Shown in pieces: positions 46,901 through 60,573 of a stretch of 60,573 bases of DNA; the first letter of the stretch is position 1; every line of letters starts with the position of its first letter. The position numbers and the translations under genes were made by a program. The DNA lies in NCBI GenBank assembly GCA_964016885.1, contig CAXHJY010000797.1, forward strand, positions 1-60,573, read 5' to 3'. Origin of the DNA: Eledone cirrhosa. Lineage: Eukaryota. Below the pieces are notes generated by a model. That model had not been told where the DNA came from and did not search any database. It worked only from the letters and a program-made list of their open reading frames with translations.

Positions 46901-49900
46901 ACCGGCAACCGCTCTTTCAAACCAGTTCCTGTACACAGCTAAGTATTCTATAAGTCTCTAGCTGTGTCATTCTCGATAAAAGCACTGGATATGTAGTCCT
47001 GATGATTTCTAACGAGAATGAAACGCGTAGATTACTTCCCTTGCTTTTATCGAGAATCTAATTGTAATACGTGACGTATTCTATTCTATAGCGATTAGGT
47101 CTTCAAAATGTTTATTATAAACATACAGAATATTTTCGAATATTCTATGTCTATATTCACATATATATCGCTATTTCAGAGCATTTATTCCAATTTCTAA
47201 TTTCTGCCGGACCGGCAACCGCTCTTTCAAACCAGTTCCTGTACACAGCTAAGTATTCTATAAGTCTCTAGCTGTGTCATTCTCGATAAAAGCACTGGAT
47301 ATGTAGTCCTGATGATTTCTAACGAGAATGAAACGCGTAGATTACTTCCCTTGCTTTTATCGAGAATCTAATTGTAATACGTGACGTATTCTATTCTATA
47401 GCGATTAGGTCTTCAAAATGTTTATTATAAACATACAGAATATTTTCGAATATTCTATGTCTATATTCACATATATATCGCTATTTCAGAGCATTTATTC
47501 CAATTTCTAATTTCTGCCGGACCGGCAACCGCTCTTTCAAACCAGTTCCTGTACACAGCTAAGTATTCTATAAGTCTCTAGCTGTGTCATTCTCGATAAA
47601 AGCACTGGATATGTAGTCCTGATGATTTCTAACGAGAATGAAACGCGTAGATTACTTCCCTTGCTTTTATCGAGAATCTAATTGTAATACGTGACGTATT
47701 CTATTCTATAGCGATTAGGTCTTCAAAATGTTTATTATAAACATACAGAATATTTTCGAATATTCTATGTCTATATTCACATATATATCGCTATTTCAGA
47801 GCATTTATTCCAATTTCTAATTTCTGCCGGACCGGCAACCGCTCTTTCAAACCAGTTCCTGTACACAGCTAAGTATTCTATAAGTCTCTAGCTGTGTCAT
47901 TCTCGATAAAAGCACTGGATATGTAGTCCTGATGATTTCTAACGAGAATGAAACGCGTAGATTACTTCCCTTGCTTTTATCGAGAATCTAATTGTAATAC
48001 GTGACGTATTCTATTCTATAGCGATTAGGTCTTCAAAATGTTTATTATAAACATACAGAATATTTTCGAATATTCTATGTCTATATTCACATATATATCG
48101 CTATTTCAGAGCATTTATTCCAATTTCTAATTTCTGCCGGACCGGCAACCGCTCTTTCAAACCAGTTCCTGTACACAGCTAAGTATTCTATAAGTCTCTA
48201 GCTGTGTCATTCTCGATAAAAGCACTGGATATGTAGTCCTGATGATTTCTAACGAGAATGAAACGCGTAGATTACTTCCCTTGCTTTTATCGAGAATCTA
48301 ATTGTAATACGTGACGTATTCTATTCTATAGCGATTAGGTCTTCAAAATGTTTATTATAAACATACAGAATATTTTCGAATATTCTATGTCTATATTCAC
48401 ATATATATCGCTATTTCAGAGCATTTATTCCAATTTCTAATTTCTGCCGGACCGGCAACCGCTCTTTCAAACCAGTTCCTGTACACAGCTAAGTATTCTA
48501 TAAGTCTCTAGCTGTGTCATTCTCGATAAAAGCACTGGATATGTAGTCCTGATGATTTCTAACGAGAATGAAACGCGCAGATTACTTCCCTTGCTTTTAT
48601 CGAGAATCTAATTGTAATACGTGACGTATTCTATTCTATAGCGATTAGGTCTTCAAAATGTTTATTATAAACATACAGAATATTTTCGAATATTCTATGT
48701 CTATATTCACATATATATCGCTATTTCAGAGCATTTATTCCAATTTCTAATTTCTGCCGGACCGGCAACCGCTCTTTCAAACCAGTTCCTGTACACAGCT
48801 AAGTATTCTATAAGTCTCTAGCTGTGTCATTCTCGATAAAAGCACTAGATATGTAGTCCTGATGATTTCTAACGAGAATGAAACGCGTAGATTACTTCCC
48901 TTGCTTTTATCGAGAATCTAATTGTAATACGTGACGTATTCTATTCTATAGCGATTAGGTCTTCAAAATGTTTATTATAAACATACAGAATATTTTCGAA
49001 TATTCTATGTCTATATTCACATATATATCGCTATTTCAGAGCATTTATTCCAATTTCTAATTTCTGCCGGACCGGCAACCGCTCTTTCAAACCAGTTCCT
49101 GTACACAGCTAAGTATTCTATAAGTCTCTAGCTGTGTCATTCTCGATAAAAGCACTGGATATGTAGTCCTGATGATTTCTAACGAGAATGAAACGCGTAG
49201 ATTACTTCCCTTGCTTTTATCGAGAATCTAATTGTAATACGTGACGTATTCTATTCTATAGCGATTAGGTCTTCAAAATGTTTATTATAAACATACAGAA
49301 TATTTTCGAATATTCTATGTCTATATTCACATATATATCGCTATTTCAGAGCATTTATTCCAATTTCTAATTTCTGCCGGACCGGCAACCGCTCTTTCAA
49401 ACCAGTTCCTGTACACAGCTAAGTATTCTATAAGTCTCTAGCTGTGTCATTCTCGATAAAAGCACTGGATATGTAGTCCTGATGATTTCTAACGAGAATG
49501 AAACGCGTAGATTACTTCCCTTGCTTTTATCGAGAATCTAATTGTAATACGTGACGTATTCTATTCTATAGCGATTAGGTCTTCAAAATGTTTATTATAA
49601 ACATACAGAATATTTTCGAATATTCTATGTCTATATTCACATATATATCGCTATTTCAGAGCATTTATTCCAATTTCTAATTTCTGCCGGACCGGCAACC
49701 GCTCTTTCAAACCAGTTCCTGTACACAGCTAAGTATTCTATAAGTCTCTAGCTGTGTCATTCTCGATAAAAGCACTGGATATGTAGTCCTGATGATTTCT
49801 AACGAGAATGAAACGCGTAGATTACTTCCCTTGCTTTTATCGAGAATCTAATTGTAATACGTGACGTATTCTATTCTATAGCGATTAGGTCTTCAAAATG

Positions 49901-50294
49901 TTTATTATAAACATACAGAATATTTTCGAATATTCTATGTCTATATTCACATATATATCGCTATTTCAGAGCATTTATTCCAATTTCTAATTTCTGCCGG
50001 ACCGGCAACCGCTCTTTCAAACCAGTTCCTGTACACAGCTAAGTATTCTATAAGTCTCTAGCTGTGTCATTCTCGATAAAAGCACTGGATATGTAGTCCT
50101 GATGATTTCTAACGAGAATGAAACGCGTAGATTACTTCCCTTGCTTTTATCGAGAATCTAATTGTAATACGTGACGTATTCTATTCTATAGCGATTAGGT
50201 CTTCAAAATGTTTATTATAAACATACAGAATATTTTCGAATATTCTATGTCTATATTCACATATATATCGCTATTTCAGAGCATTTATTCCAAT
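37916..50294 (+). mobile_element. Retrozyme-like 310-bp tandem array, right arm (about 39.9 units, hammerheads on the plus strand)
   Basis: Reverse complement of the same unit, with 40 CTGATGA cores from 38009 to 50099 at a 310-bp period. Confidence 0.92.
37979..38067 (+). ncRNA. Type I hammerhead ribozyme of the 310-bp unit (representative copy, 54 cores in total)
   Basis: Stem I GTAGTC (38003-08) / GATTAC (38040-45); core CTGATGA (38009-15); stem II TTCT-AACG-AGAA; GAAA (38030-33); palindromic ACGCGT stem III; GUA triplet with predicted cut after 38039. Stem I is extended by a perfect 16-bp helix (37979-94 / 38052-67). Confidence 0.88.
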
Positions 50295-55950
<5,656 letters not shown>

Positions 55951-56855
55951 CCCGTTCCAAAGACCCTCATGTATAGATAAGAAATGTATAACCTGTAAAA
56001 TAAGCCCCCATATTAACTGTAAAACTAGAAATGTAGTGTATAGCATAAGATGTACTGAAGGACAATGTAGAAACAAAAATATAGTGTACATAGGTGAGAC
56101 AGCTCGTAGTATAGGGGAACGAATAAATGAACACTGGCGAGACCTTCAAGATAATAAAGAATCATCTGTGCTCTACCAACATGCTAAGATAGAGCACAGA
56201 GGTAGATTAGAGAACATAGAAATAAAATAGAATCCACACACAGAAAAGATGCAATGTTTAGGCAAACTACAGAGGCAGTAAGCATAAAAGAATTACAACC
56301 CAAATTAAATAGAAAATATGAGTGGAACAGCAACATCACAACTTACAATTAAGGACAAAATGAAAACACACACAGGACAAAATGAAAACACACACACACA
56401 TAGAACAAACAACCAACCAACAATAAATAAATAAATAAATAAACAAATAGATAAATGAACACAAACACACACAGACACCCGGATGTGGCGCATGCGCAAA
56501 CTGAGCACACAACACACACACAGAAACAAAATGGCGTAGGATAGAAGAAAGGAAAGGCACAGAAACAAAGAAAGGAATCCCCAGTCACTGAAGAGGTCAC
56601 AGAGTGTGTGACGAAAGGACTATGACTATATATAAACAACTATCTGGTTGTGGAACCAACCAACCAAACAACCAGAAATTTATAAGTTTGTAGTAAGTTT
56701 GTAGATTTGTAAATTTATAAATATATAATAAATTGAAGTGAAAGCAACTGGTGCGTGTGTTTCTTATTGGCAACATGACCCTCCCAAAGTATAACAATAT
56801 CGGTTTCAACACACGATTTCAGATAAAGAATCTTGCTAAACAAATTCAGAAACGA
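55951..56855 (+). mobile_element. 5'-truncated Penelope-like element: GIY-YIG endonuclease fragment plus pLTR
   Basis: Translates as [34 protein letters not shown]...[17 protein letters not shown] (Cys-rich linker plus VY..YIGET.R motif), then a frameshift near 56225 and a pLTR with a hammerhead. Confidence 0.9.
56583..56627 (+). ncRNA. Minimal type I hammerhead ribozyme in the Penelope pLTR
   Basis: AGTCA-CTGAAGA-G-GTCACA-GAGTG-TGTGAC-GAAA-GGAC-TA-TGACT, with a perfect 6-bp stem II and 5-bp stem I. Confidence 0.82.

Positions 56856-60573
<3,718 letters not shown>

Noticed and set aside
33714-50294. CRISPR array or tRNA/5S/snRNA gene cluster
   Set aside because: There are no variable spacers or cas genes and the context is eukaryotic. 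I found no cloverleaf, Pol III boxes or recognisable rRNA/snRNA sequence in the unit.

Overview
Eukaryotic, gene-free, repeat-dominated DNA. The SINE and RTE-tail motifs and the huge interrupted (TA)n tracts suggest a cephalopod such as Octopus; this is my inference from recalled motifs, not a search result. About 45% of the window is strand-polar (TA)n/TACA microsatellite. All the long Y/I/H/M/C/V-rich ORFs in the track are artefacts of it. Retroelements inserted in these tracts are: two 3' fragments of one Penelope-like (GIY-YIG) family with hammerhead-bearing pLTRs, further pLTR relics, a 5'-truncated CR1-group LINE with an open ORF2, three 5'-truncated R4/Dong-clade LINEs, four copies of a bipartite non-autonomous RTE derivative, and SINEs. 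MITE-like DNA elements are also present. The standout feature is a 16.6-kb array (33714-50294) of about 53.5 near-identical 310-bp units. Each unit encodes a minimal type I hammerhead ribozyme in a highly structured RNA, i.e. a non-LTR retrozyme-like element. The array has two head-to-head arms (about 13.6 and 39.9 units) whose 3' ends point outward into (TA)n. Four of the six substitutions I found by eye are the same change, one base from the predicted cleavage/ligation site. Together these features suggest a fossil of twin-primed, rolling-circle reverse transcription of a ribozyme-made circular RNA, with the neighbouring Penelope-like family as a candidate motor. That mechanism is a hypothesis.
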